Positions 9,400 through 17,215 of a stretch of 58,770 nucleotides of DNA are shown one piece after another. Position 1 is the first letter of the stretch. Every line of letters begins with the position of its first letter. The notes under the pieces are model-generated. The model saw only the letters and a list, made by a program, of their open reading frames with translations, was not told the origin of the DNA and ran no database searches. The stretch lies in the IMG/VR virus record IMGVR_UViG_3300045996_001447, positions 1 to 58,770 of that record; one strand, 5' to 3'. The DNA comes from a virus (taxonomy: Duplodnaviria > Caudoviricetes). Position numbers and translations under genes: made by a program.

Positions 9400-9475
9400 A
9401 ACCCCGGCGCACTGTCAGCGCGTGAACCCGCCGGGAGGCGTGCGTACCGGGGGAGGGGGTCCCCCGTCCCCCGTC
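9400..9475. other. candidate cos / packaging site region
   Basis: non-coding gap between HNH and TerS with G/C runs, the usual cos position in HNH-TerS-TerL phages; exact site not determinable. Confidence 0.35.
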
Positions 9476-9800
9476 ACGGGTCGATCAGCCCTGGGTGCTC
9501 GCGCACGTGACGCGGTCGGCGACGGTAGCGCTCAGCATTGGCTCGGCCACCCTCGGATGCTGTCTTGGCCGTGTGGTGCGAGGTGCACAGCGCCCATAGC
9601 TCGTCGTCCGGCACGGATCCTGTTGTGCCGCAGCGCTTGTGGTCGACATGTGTCGCATGTGCAGCACATATGCGATTCGCATATGGCCATTGGCACGTAT
9701 GCCCATCACGCTCAAGGATCCGATTGCGTGTTCCATCTTTCAGATACCAATCGTTTGGCAATCGAGCCTTACGATCAGATACTGAATCATATGACCACAC
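9474..9800 (-). CDS. HNH endonuclease (terminase-associated, HK97 gp74-like position)
   Basis: RLP.DW...R..IL.RD...CQ...C...AT.VDH...LC..HH..KT..E; ends EHPGL. Confidence 0.85.
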   Translation of the reverse strand: MWSYDSVSDRKARLPNDWYLKDGTRNRILERDGHTCQWPYANRICAAHATHVDHKRCGTTGSVPDDELWALCTSHHTAKTASEGGRANAERYRRRPRHVREHPGLIDP

Positions 9801-9814
9801 AATACTAATATCCT

Positions 9815-9964
9815 CACACTAATTAGTATCAGCACACTAATTAGTATCAACAGTAATTAGTACCAGCACACTAATTAGTATCAACAGTAATTAGTATCAG
9901 CACACTAATTAGTATCAACAGTAATTAGTATCAGCACACTAATTAGTATCAGCACACTAATTAC
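9815..9964. repeat. AT-rich tandem array, 9 copies of TAATTA(GTA) in 18/16-bp units
   Basis: cores at 9820, 9838, 9854, 9872, 9888, 9906, 9922, 9940, 9958. Confidence 0.95.
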
Positions 9965-10007
9965 CTGCTATGGAATCACTATTATTGTGCTACACAGATA
10001 TGTGTTA

Positions 10008-10058
10008 TAGGGCTGATGTGTTGGACCGCCACCACAGCCTCACAACACATCAGCCCTA
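10008..10058. repeat. 16-bp perfect inverted repeat
   Basis: TAGGGCTGATGTGTTG / CAACACATCAGCCCTA. Confidence 0.9.
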
Positions 10059-10075
10059 CACCACACATATGCCCT

Positions 10076-10112
10076 GATACTAATTCCTCTACGGGGGAGA
10101 GGAATTAGTATC
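10076..10112. repeat. 15-bp perfect inverted repeat carrying the array motif
   Basis: GATACTAATTCCTCT / AGAGGAATTAGTATC. Confidence 0.9.
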
Positions 10113-10127
10113 GGCCTGAGTGTGTGC

Positions 10128-10319
10128 CTATCGGCCTCGGCGCCTACGGGTACGTGCTGCCTTGCGTGCCATCCGAGACCTGGCCGCACGAGTCTTGCCC
10201 GCATTGGCGATGCGTGCTGCTGTGGACTTGGACAGTTTGCCCTTGCGCCGCATGCCTCGGTACGCCTTGTGACGGGAACGGACCACATATCCGTACTTCC
10301 CGCCCCTGCTGGAGACCAT
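10128..10319 (-). CDS. very basic small protein
   Basis: 63 aa R/K-rich, Y..MRR.G..SKS.AARIAN. Confidence 0.7.
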   Translation of the reverse strand: MVSSRGGKYGYVVRSRHKAYRGMRRKGKLSKSTAARIANAGKTRAARSRMARKAARTRRRRGR

Positions 10320-10389
10320 GGGCTACACACCCCCGAATTACTACCGGCCTCGGGGCCCTGGGAATTAGTACCCGGGCCACACCGGGGCC

Positions 10390-10545
10390 TTAGAACCAAT
10401 ACTGGCGTCCACCCACCGGGCGACCGATCCCGCCGAGCACGAGCAACACCAGCCCGATGATGAGCAGGATGCCGCCGGCCACGTACAGGATCTTGATACC
10501 GATGAAGTAGCCGACCAGCAGCAGGATGAGCCCGAGGATGATCAC
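10390..10545 (-). CDS. small two-TM membrane protein (DUF6131-like)
   Basis: MIILGLILLLVG...GRPVGGRQYWF; GTG start overlaps upstream stop. Confidence 0.75.
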   Translation of the reverse strand: MIILGLILLLVGYFIGIKILYVAGGILLIIGLVLLVLGGIGRPVGGRQYWF

Positions 10546-10676
10546 TTTCGGTTCCTGCTCCCCCGCTTGGGCCCAGGGCGCTTGCCACGGCCCTTGAACC
10601 GCTGGTCCCCGCCCTTGGACTTGGTGCGCGAACGACCCGGCTTGGGTGTTCCGCGCTTGCGCTTGCCCCTGGCCAT
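10542..10676 (-). CDS. 44-aa protamine-like basic peptide
   Basis: GGAGG RBS; MARGKRKRGTPKPGRSRTKSKGG...RNRK; below ORF track cutoff. Confidence 0.65.
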   Translation of the reverse strand: MARGKRKRGTPKPGRSRTKSKGGDQRFKGRGKRPGPKRGSRNRK

Positions 10677-10696
10677 GCGATCCACCTCCGAGCATG

Positions 10697-10732
10697 GAAC
10701 AGCCCCGCGGGGAGTGGTCCGCGGGGCTGTTC
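10697..10732. terminator. 14-bp hairpin at start of late region
   Basis: GAACAGCCCCGCGG / CCGCGGGGCTGTTC. Confidence 0.6.
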
Positions 10733-10806
10733 GTCGTGCGCAGCAACCATCTTGGTGAGAACACCGACACTACGGCCAGGTTCACATGGAGGATCTTCGG
10801 TCCTGG

Positions 10807-11007
10807 TCAGCTTGTCAAGCCGTGGGATCGTCTCCGATCGTAGCTGGCCTGGATCTGCTCCATCGGCCAATGCCGATCACACCGACGACCGTGACGTTTC
10901 CACTCGTCCTCGTGAGCCCACCGATGCACGGTCCCTCGGGGAATCCGGAACAGGGACACCACCTCCGAGCTGGACAACAGGATTGTCCCGTCGTCCAGCC
11001 TCCTCAC
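10807..11007 (-). CDS. HTH DNA-binding protein
   Basis: GTGA-coupled to upstream gene; EVVSLFRIPRGTVHRWA helix-turn-helix. Confidence 0.65.
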   Translation of the reverse strand: MRRLDDGTILLSSSEVVSLFRIPRGTVHRWAHEDEWKRHGRRCDRHWPMEQIQASYDRRRSHGLTS

Positions 11008-11678
11008 GCGATGGCCCGGGCCGGTCGGTCGGTCATCCGGCGCAGGATCCGCCGACCCGCGCGCAGCCACTCCGAGGTGCCCCAGCTCGTCCGGCAGGCC
11101 CGGCACGTCATCACCGAGGGCGTGTCCCCGCGTCCGATGTAGGCCATCACGGTGCCGTCGCAGTGGGTGAGCCGGTTCGGGTCGTCGTCGGTCGGTGTCC
11201 ACTCCGGGCACGGGCCCACCTCGAACCGGCTGGACTCGGCCGGGATGTCCACGGCCACCCGGGCCTCGTACACCGCGGTGATGATCTCGGTGTAGATCCG
11301 GTCCGACTGGGCCGAGGCACGCAGAGCCGGGAGCGCGCGCCGGATCGCCCGTGCCCGCTCGGCCAGCCCGATCGGTACCGGGTCCGGGTCCAGGGCGCCG
11401 CTCCAGGTGGCCAGGACGACGTCCAGGTGGCGCAGGGCGGCCGAGCCGTGCTCGGACCAGGGCAGGGGCCTGTCGTGGCCCGCACGGCGCGCCTGGGGCC
11501 CCATCCGGTCGGCTCGGACGAACGTCGTCATCAGGTCCTCGGCCAGGTCCCGGTCGGCGACCCAGGCCAGCTCGTCGGCCAGATAGGCCGCATCGATCCG
11601 GCACAGGGTCAGCCCGTTGGGGCTCAAGGACCCGCAGACCGAGCACGCGGTACGGGTCGGGGACGTGGATCCAGGCAT
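11004..11678 (-). CDS. Cys-rich putative late transcription regulator
   Basis: CxxC...LC N-terminus, GPCP...C.G...CxxC...W C-terminus; position before packaging genes; GGAGG RBS. Confidence 0.6.
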   Translation of the reverse strand: MPGSTSPTRTACSVCGSLSPNGLTLCRIDAAYLADELAWVADRDLAEDLMTTFVRADRMGPQARRAGHDRPLPWSEHGSAALRHLDVVLATWSGALDPDPVPIGLAERARAIRRALPALRASAQSDRIYTEIITAVYEARVAVDIPAESSRFEVGPCPEWTPTDDDPNRLTHCDGTVMAYIGRGDTPSVMTCRACRTSWGTSEWLRAGRRILRRMTDRPARAIA

Positions 11679-11739
11679 CGGGTGCCTCCACAGGGGAGCG
11701 TGTGGGTGGACTACGCGGGGTTGAGCCTATCGGCGCACG

Positions 11740-14700
11740 TCACACCTCCGCCCGGTCGTGCTCGGCGCCGTAGCAACCGGACCAGCGCTGGGCCAGCCGG
11801 CCGGCCTCGGCCTCGATCCGCACGGTGCGGTCCTTGCCGGGCAGCGCCAGCTCCCAGTTGAAAGCCTCGGTGATGACCCGGACCAGCTCGGGCGCGTCGG
11901 CCCGGGGCACCTCGAACACGGCCTCGTCGTGCACCTGGGCGCGCAGCATCCGGGCCACGTCGTCCGGCAGGCGCAACAGGCACTCGGCCATGGCGTCCCG
12001 GGCGCAGCCCTGCCCGATCAGGGCCACGGCCTGGGTGTAGGCCCGGTTCTGGTCCACCCGCATCAGGCGGCCGAACCCGTTGTCCAGCCAGCCGGTGGAC
12101 TCCCCGATGGCTCGGGTCTCGTCCTTCCACTGCTGCAGGCGCGGGAACCGCTCGTTCATCGTGTTGATCACCCGCTGGGCCTCGGCCTCGGGCACTCCGG
12201 TGGTGGCCACCAGCTTGTCCAGACCCATCCCGTAGGGCAGCCCGTGGGTGATCGCCTTGACCCGGTCGCGCAGCGTCTTGGGCTCGGCGTCGTAGGCCCG
12301 GTCACCCCAGACCATCCGGGCCACGATCTCGTGCGCGTCCAAGCCGGGCTCGAACAGTGCCAGGTACGCCGGGTCCTGGGAGTGCACCGCGATCGACCGA
12401 GAGTCGATCTGGGACAGGTCGATCGCGAACAGCGCGTGCTCCGGGTCGGTGGCGGTGAACACCGCGCGCTCGATCACCTTGCCCCCGCGCTTGCCGAACA
12501 CGGTCAACCCCGGCTTGCGCACGCTCCAGCGCCCGGACGCCTGGAACGTGGCCACCTGCGGATGGACCCGGCCGTCGTCGTGGGTGTGGGCCAGCGCGGT
12601 GCCGTAGACGGTCCGCACACCCCCGACGTCGGCCACCACGTCGCACAGCGCCGTGATGGACTCCCCGTTGGGGTGCTCGGCATAGGTCTCGGCCATCGCC
12701 CGGATGCCGTCCCCGGAGAACGACGCCCGCCCGCCCTTGGTGCGCGGGATGTCGGCGGGGTCCACCCCGAGCTGCAGCAGTGCGCGCAGGATGGCCTCCC
12801 GGCCGCCCTTGGTGGCCGCTGGCGAGTCGGCGGGCTTCCCGTCGGCCTTGGTGGTGGGGATGCCGTACTCGCGCACCAGGCGCCGGGTGAGGTCGTTCTT
12901 GCGCCCGTAGCCGCTCCAGAACCGGCGCTGGAGCAGGTGCTGGTCCACCGCGAACCCGGTCATCCCCATCTCCGCGGCGATGGCGTGCACCCGGTGTTCC
13001 CGGAGCAGGTAGGCGCGGCGCTCGGCGGGCAAGGTGACGATCTCGGCGAGCTGGGCGCGGGCCACCGCGGCGGTGGTGTCGACATCCCCGGCGCAGTACG
13101 CCCGGTACTCGGGGTCCTCGGTGGGGATGGCGTCGTAGCCGCCGTGCACCTTGGCCAGCCGGTCGATCTCGTCGATCTTGCCGGGGATCTGCCGGCGCTC
13201 GGCCACCGCGTCCAGCTTGAACCACTTCATGGCCCGATCGATCTCGCCCGGGCGGCCGCCCTCGTTGAGCACCGGGTGCAACACCGACTCGGTGATCATC
13301 GTGTCGTGCAGCCGTCCGGCCCGGGCCAGCGCGAGCACATCCACCCGCGGGTCGACGCGGGACAGGACCGGCAGATCGAACGCCACCCCGTTGTGCGTGA
13401 TCACGCGCTGTGACTGGGCCACCGCGTCGGTGACGGCGTCCGGACCGGTGTGCACGACGGTGCTCCCGGACTCGCGCAGGCCGGCGATCCGGACGAACCC
13501 GCGGGGGTCGGCGGTGGTGTAGCCCGAGGCCGCGTCCCCGGTCTCCAGATCGACCACGACGGGCCCTCGGACGGCCTCCGGGAGGGCCTCGGTGTTGCCG
13601 TGTTGCCGATATGGAGCATCTTCCTCCCACGGTCCGGAAACACACACCTCCGTCCTCGGCGTGTCGTCGGCGTGTCGGATCTGAGTGTGTGTGTTCTCCG
13701 TGAGAGGGGTTCCCCTGTCTATATCGGCAACATCGGCAACATCGGCAACCGAATCGCTCTGAACAGGGGTTTCGATGATCGACTGTGTTGCCGATATGGG
13801 TTCGATGTCGGCAACATCCGAGGTCGATATCGGCAACACTTCCGAGGTACCCGGCACCGTGGGTACCGGGTGCTCCGGCGGTGTTGCCGATATCGGGGAG
13901 GGCAGCGGGGCGATATCGGCAACACCGTCCGGGGACCCTCCGTTGAGCCACCGCAGACCGGTCCAGGTGAGCCGGATCGACGAGCCGTCGCGGATCTTGC
14001 GCGGGTTCTCCAGGCGGGGGTCGATCCCGAGCACGCGCTGAAGCTGGGAGGTGAAGTTGTTGCGTCCGCGGTCGGCCGGCATCCGCTCGGTGGTCACGTT
14101 CTGTGCCCACCACTTCCGGCACGTCTCGTGTACCTCGGAGGCCAACAGCCGGTCGTCCTCGTCGTGGGTGACCACCAGGTGGGTCTCGGCGAACACGGCC
14201 AGGTGGTCGGACTCGGCCTGGGCCTCGTGCGTGGCGGCCAGCACGGCGTCCGGCTCGGCCAGCCCGCGGGTGAGGTAGTCGGCCAGCCCGGTCAGGCACC
14301 GGTTGAGCACCCCGGACAGCTCGTGGGCGGCGATGTGGCGCTCCAGGGTGGGATCCTCGTGACCCTCCACCGACACGGTGAACGGGATCTCCCGGTAGCG
14401 CATCCAGAACGCCGAGTCCGAGCGGGCCACCGGCGGGCGGTCGTTGGCCGTGACGATCAGCGTGTGGCTCGGGTCGAACGTGACGTCGTTCTCGCGCATC
14501 AGGCGCCCAGTCAGCCGGTCCCCACCGGTCCAGGACTTGATCCGCCCGGTGTTCCAGCCCTTGCCGGCCTCGGGCTCCTGGGCGGTGGCCAGCCGGCGCC
14601 CGTTCAGCTTGGCGATCTCCTGGGTGTGCGCCTCGAACTTGGCCTCCTGCAGGGCCCGGGGATCGATCGTCACGGCCATCTCGCCGAACAGCCGTTCCAT

Positions 14701-16152
14701 GGTCCGGATCAGCGCGCCCTTGCCGTTGCGCCCGGAGCCGACGAACACCGCGAACACCTGGGCGTCCGCGCGGACCTCCCCGAGCATCGCCACCCCGAAC
14801 AGGCGCAGCACGTAGGCGCGGACCTCGGGGTCGGGCAGGATCTCGTCCAGGAACGCGTCGAACCGCGGACAGGTGGCCTCGGGGTCGTAGATCACGTCCG
14901 AGCCGACGGTCAGCAGTAGCTCCGGGTCGTGTTCGCGGAACTCGCGGGTGAACAGGTCCACCGTGCCGTTGCCGGCCACCCAGAGCGTCGGGTGCGAGTC
15001 CAGCTCGTCCCGGCCGACGTGCAGGTCCGAGTGCCCGCCCGCTCGGGCCAGCACCGTGGTGATCTTGTTGTGGCCCAGCAGCATCCGCGCGGTGTCGTCC
15101 AGCTCGCGGGCCTGGTCCCCGTCGGAGCCCTGGGCCGCGGCCCGGTAGGTCTGGGCGACGTCCACCAGGAACCGGGCCACGTCGTCGTACGGCGCCCGGG
15201 AGCTGACCGGCTCCCAGCGCCCGATCCGGTAGCGCAGCCACCGCTCGGTGTCGAGCAGGAACCGCCACCGGGTCCGCGCGGTGTCGGCCCAGGTGGTGGC
15301 CAGCGCGGTGTCGTTGGGGTCCAGCAGCCCGGCCCCGTCGGTGCCCAGTGCGGAGCGCTCGCGGGCCCGGGGCTTGGGCATCCGGTCGGCCGGCTTGGCC
15401 CGGGCCATCTCGGTGATCCGGGAGACCAGCGTGCGCCGGGCCTCGTCGGTGACCGTGCGCCCGATCAGGTCGTCCACGCCGTTGGACCCGCGCACCGGCA
15501 ACCGGGAGAACGTGACCGACTCGGCCCCGTAGCCCTCGCACGCCAGCCCGAGCGCCACCCCGGCGTCGTAGACGTTGCGGTTGGTGCCGGCGTCGGCGTC
15601 GAGCACCACGGTGACGTCGCGTCCGTCCACGATGGCCAGGCCGGCGTCGGCCAGCCCGTCGCGGCTCCAGGCGTCACAGCCGGCGATGGCCAGGACGGTC
15701 ACGTCGTCCTCGGCGTAGTGGGCCACCGCGCGGGACTGGAACGAGCCCTCCACGATGAGCACCGGCCCGTCGCGCCGGGTACCGCGCCGGACCAGCCCGA
15801 GCGCCACGTGACCCTCGGTGGGCCAGACGTACTTGCGGACCTCGGGCTCTCCGCCGGGGGTGGTCGTCTCGATCGGCACGTGCGGCCGGTACTGCCAGCC
15901 GGGCTCGGGCTCCGGGTCCCCGCCGGGCACCGGGACCGGGTCCCAGCGCAGCAGCAGCCCGGGCACCGTGACGTACGGGTGGGCGCGTAGCTCGTCGGGT
16001 AGCTCGGTGTGTTCGTGTACCTCGGTGATGCCCAGCCCGGTCGCGGCGTCCCACGTGAGCCCGCGCCGGGTCAGGATCTCGGTGGCGGCCGCGGTGAACG
16101 TGCTGGTGACGGCCGACTCACGCGGTTCTCTGTCGGCCTCGGGGTGTGTCAT
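11740..16152 (-). CDS. fused TOPRIM primase / D5-like SF3 helicase / family A DNA polymerase with 3'-5' exonuclease
   Basis: IVEG and LDAD (TOPRIM); GSGRNGKG, AQEPE, VTAN (SF3); DLET, HN..FD, YC.GD (exo); DLSQID.R, R...K...HG..YG, VHDE (PolA A/B/C); GAGGT RBS before ATG 16152. Confidence 0.9.
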   Translation of the reverse strand: MTHPEADREPRESAVTSTFTAAATEILTRRGLTWDAATGLGITEVHEHTELPDELRAHPYVTVPGLLLRWDPVPVPGGDPEPEPGWQYRPHVPIETTTPGGEPEVRKYVWPTEGHVALGLVRRGTRRDGPVLIVEGSFQSRAVAHYAEDDVTVLAIAGCDAWSRDGLADAGLAIVDGRDVTVVLDADAGTNRNVYDAGVALGLACEGYGAESVTFSRLPVRGSNGVDDLIGRTVTDEARRTLVSRITEMARAKPADRMPKPRARERSALGTDGAGLLDPNDTALATTWADTARTRWRFLLDTERWLRYRIGRWEPVSSRAPYDDVARFLVDVAQTYRAAAQGSDGDQARELDDTARMLLGHNKITTVLARAGGHSDLHVGRDELDSHPTLWVAGNGTVDLFTREFREHDPELLLTVGSDVIYDPEATCPRFDAFLDEILPDPEVRAYVLRLFGVAMLGEVRADAQVFAVFVGSGRNGKGALIRTMERLFGEMAVTIDPRALQEAKFEAHTQEIAKLNGRRLATAQEPEAGKGWNTGRIKSWTGGDRLTGRLMRENDVTFDPSHTLIVTANDRPPVARSDSAFWMRYREIPFTVSVEGHEDPTLERHIAAHELSGVLNRCLTGLADYLTRGLAEPDAVLAATHEAQAESDHLAVFAETHLVVTHDEDDRLLASEVHETCRKWWAQNVTTERMPADRGRNNFTSQLQRVLGIDPRLENPRKIRDGSSIRLTWTGLRWLNGGSPDGVADIAPLPSPISATPPEHPVPTVPGTSEVLPISTSDVADIEPISATQSIIETPVQSDSVADVADVADIDRGTPLTENTHTQIRHADDTPRTEVCVSGPWEEDAPYRQHGNTEALPEAVRGPVVVDLETGDAASGYTTADPRGFVRIAGLRESGSTVVHTGPDAVTDAVAQSQRVITHNGVAFDLPVLSRVDPRVDVLALARAGRLHDTMITESVLHPVLNEGGRPGEIDRAMKWFKLDAVAERRQIPGKIDEIDRLAKVHGGYDAIPTEDPEYRAYCAGDVDTTAAVARAQLAEIVTLPAERRAYLLREHRVHAIAAEMGMTGFAVDQHLLQRRFWSGYGRKNDLTRRLVREYGIPTTKADGKPADSPAATKGGREAILRALLQLGVDPADIPRTKGGRASFSGDGIRAMAETYAEHPNGESITALCDVVADVGGVRTVYGTALAHTHDDGRVHPQVATFQASGRWSVRKPGLTVFGKRGGKVIERAVFTATDPEHALFAIDLSQIDSRSIAVHSQDPAYLALFEPGLDAHEIVARMVWGDRAYDAEPKTLRDRVKAITHGLPYGMGLDKLVATTGVPEAEAQRVINTMNERFPRLQQWKDETRAIGESTGWLDNGFGRLMRVDQNRAYTQAVALIGQGCARDAMAECLLRLPDDVARMLRAQVHDEAVFEVPRADAPELVRVITEAFNWELALPGKDRTVRIEAEAGRLAQRWSGCYGAEHDRAEV
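13593..13924. repeat. iteron-like ATATCGGCAACA repeats, direct and inverted, inside helicase-polymerase linker (candidate ori)
   Basis: forward copies 13721, 13732, 13741, 13805, 13827, 13913; inverted 13593 (partial), 13601, 13786, 13882. Confidence 0.85.
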
Positions 16153-16192
16153 ACTGACCTCGCATGGCGTCATTGCTCGGTGTCGTGTACGG

Positions 16193-16240
16193 AAGCGCCC
16201 GACCCCTTCCCGAGAGGGACCGTCGGGCGCTTTCGTGTTT
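16193..16240. terminator. hairpin with plus-strand T tract
   Basis: AAGCGCCCGAC / GTCGGGCGCTT followed by TCGTGTTT. Confidence 0.6.
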
Positions 16241-16314
16241 CCGGCTCTCCGTGGCGGAACGAGGGGGAGCGTCGCCCGGTACGGAGTGCGGACCAGGTTA
16301 GACCACGTGGCCCC

Positions 16315-16548
16315 CTACCCGGAGTTATCGGAGCGGGTGTTCCCCTGCTCCACCTGCTGAGCGGGTCGTACCAGCTCGTTTAGCTCGGTGCGGTTGTAGA
16401 GCGGCTTACGGAGCCCGGCCGCGTGGTACTTGCGGATCTTCCCCTGGCGTACCAGCCGGTCGAACGTCGCCACGGCCATGTTCAGATGCGCGGCCGCCGC
16501 CTCCCGGCCTAGCCACTCTCCCGATGAGTCGTTCACTGTCTGCGGCAT
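16315..16548 (-). CDS. excisionase/MerR-like HTH DNA-binding protein
   Basis: WL...AAAAHL.MA..T..RLV..GKI; leaderless ATG 7 nt after TGnTACTGT. Confidence 0.8.
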   Translation of the reverse strand: MPQTVNDSSGEWLGREAAAAHLNMAVATFDRLVRQGKIRKYHAAGLRKPLYNRTELNELVRPAQQVEQGNTRSDNSG

Positions 16549-16555
16549 GTCGGCC

Positions 16556-16612
16556 ACAGTAGCACTGGGGTCGGCTCGGGTGGTACTGCACTCGTCTGGA
16601 GTGTGCTAGAAT
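16556..16612. promoter_or_regulatory. divergent extended -10 promoters at the arm junction
   Basis: minus TGcTACTGT (-10 at 16561-16556); plus TGcTAGAAT (-10 at 16607-16612). Confidence 0.6.
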
Positions 16613-16670
16613 CGTCATCACCTCGGCCGCTGGGCCGAGAGACCGCACGGACACGAGAGTGAGACGAGCC

Positions 16671-16901
16671 ATGCGTGAGTTGCACCAGGTGCACCGCCCT
16701 GGATGGGAGCACGAGACCCGGACCGGCCGGACCTACATGGTGTGGGCGCCGCGAGCCGACCGGCCCCACTGGACCGCGTCCTGGCAGAACGCCGAGAGCA
16801 CCGATGGCGACTTCCGCCGCGGGGACAGCCTGGACGGAGTCTTGTCGATCTTCCCGCCCGCCATGCGCCCGCTGTTCCGTCATATGGCAGGGACGTCGTG
16901 A
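16671..16901 (+). CDS. hypothetical protein
   Basis: first ORF of right arm, GTGA-coupled to next gene. Confidence 0.6.
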   Translation: MRELHQVHRPGWEHETRTGRTYMVWAPRADRPHWTASWQNAESTDGDFRRGDSLDGVLSIFPPAMRPLFRHMAGTS

Positions 16902-17215
16902 GCACGCGGATCATCGCGTGCACTCAGTCGGACGTTCTCGGGGACGGTTGCCCCGGGTGTGGCGGTTGGCTGCACCGGGTCCAGCGGGATGGGTTCGTGG
17001 GTCCCGGTGGGATGCGGTTCTGCGACGAGGAGTGCATCGCCGACGACTACGAGCACCGCCGTCGGGAGCACATGCGCGCTCACTACGGAACGCGAGACCT
17101 GCTCTGCAACTGCGCCGAGTTCTGCGCTCCGGCCGGCCTGCCGACCGTGGAGATGGTCCGGGAGTACGAGGACTATCTGGCGACCCTCGTCGACGGACGG
17201 GAGCCGACGCCGTGA
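16898..17215 (+). CDS. Cys-rich hypothetical protein
   Basis: GTGA overlaps at both ends; CxxC, FC..EC. Confidence 0.6.
   Translation: MSTRIIACTQSDVLGDGCPGCGGWLHRVQRDGFVGPGGMRFCDEECIADDYEHRRREHMRAHYGTRDLLCNCAEFCAPAGLPTVEMVREYEDYLATLVDGREPTP

Noticed and set aside
9815-9964. CRISPR or other guide-RNA array
   Set aside because: Units are contiguous 16/18-bp repeats with no variable spacers.
13550-13950. Intein or separate polymerase start in the replisome linker
   Set aside because: No intein terminal motifs; the GGAGGAAG-ATG near 13620 is out of frame with the polymerase.
12302-15541. Very long alternative-frame ORFs (also 43183-45525, 22336-24192, 41124-42731 and others)
   Set aside because: R/P/G/A-rich shadow frames expected at high GC; they overlap motif-bearing genes.
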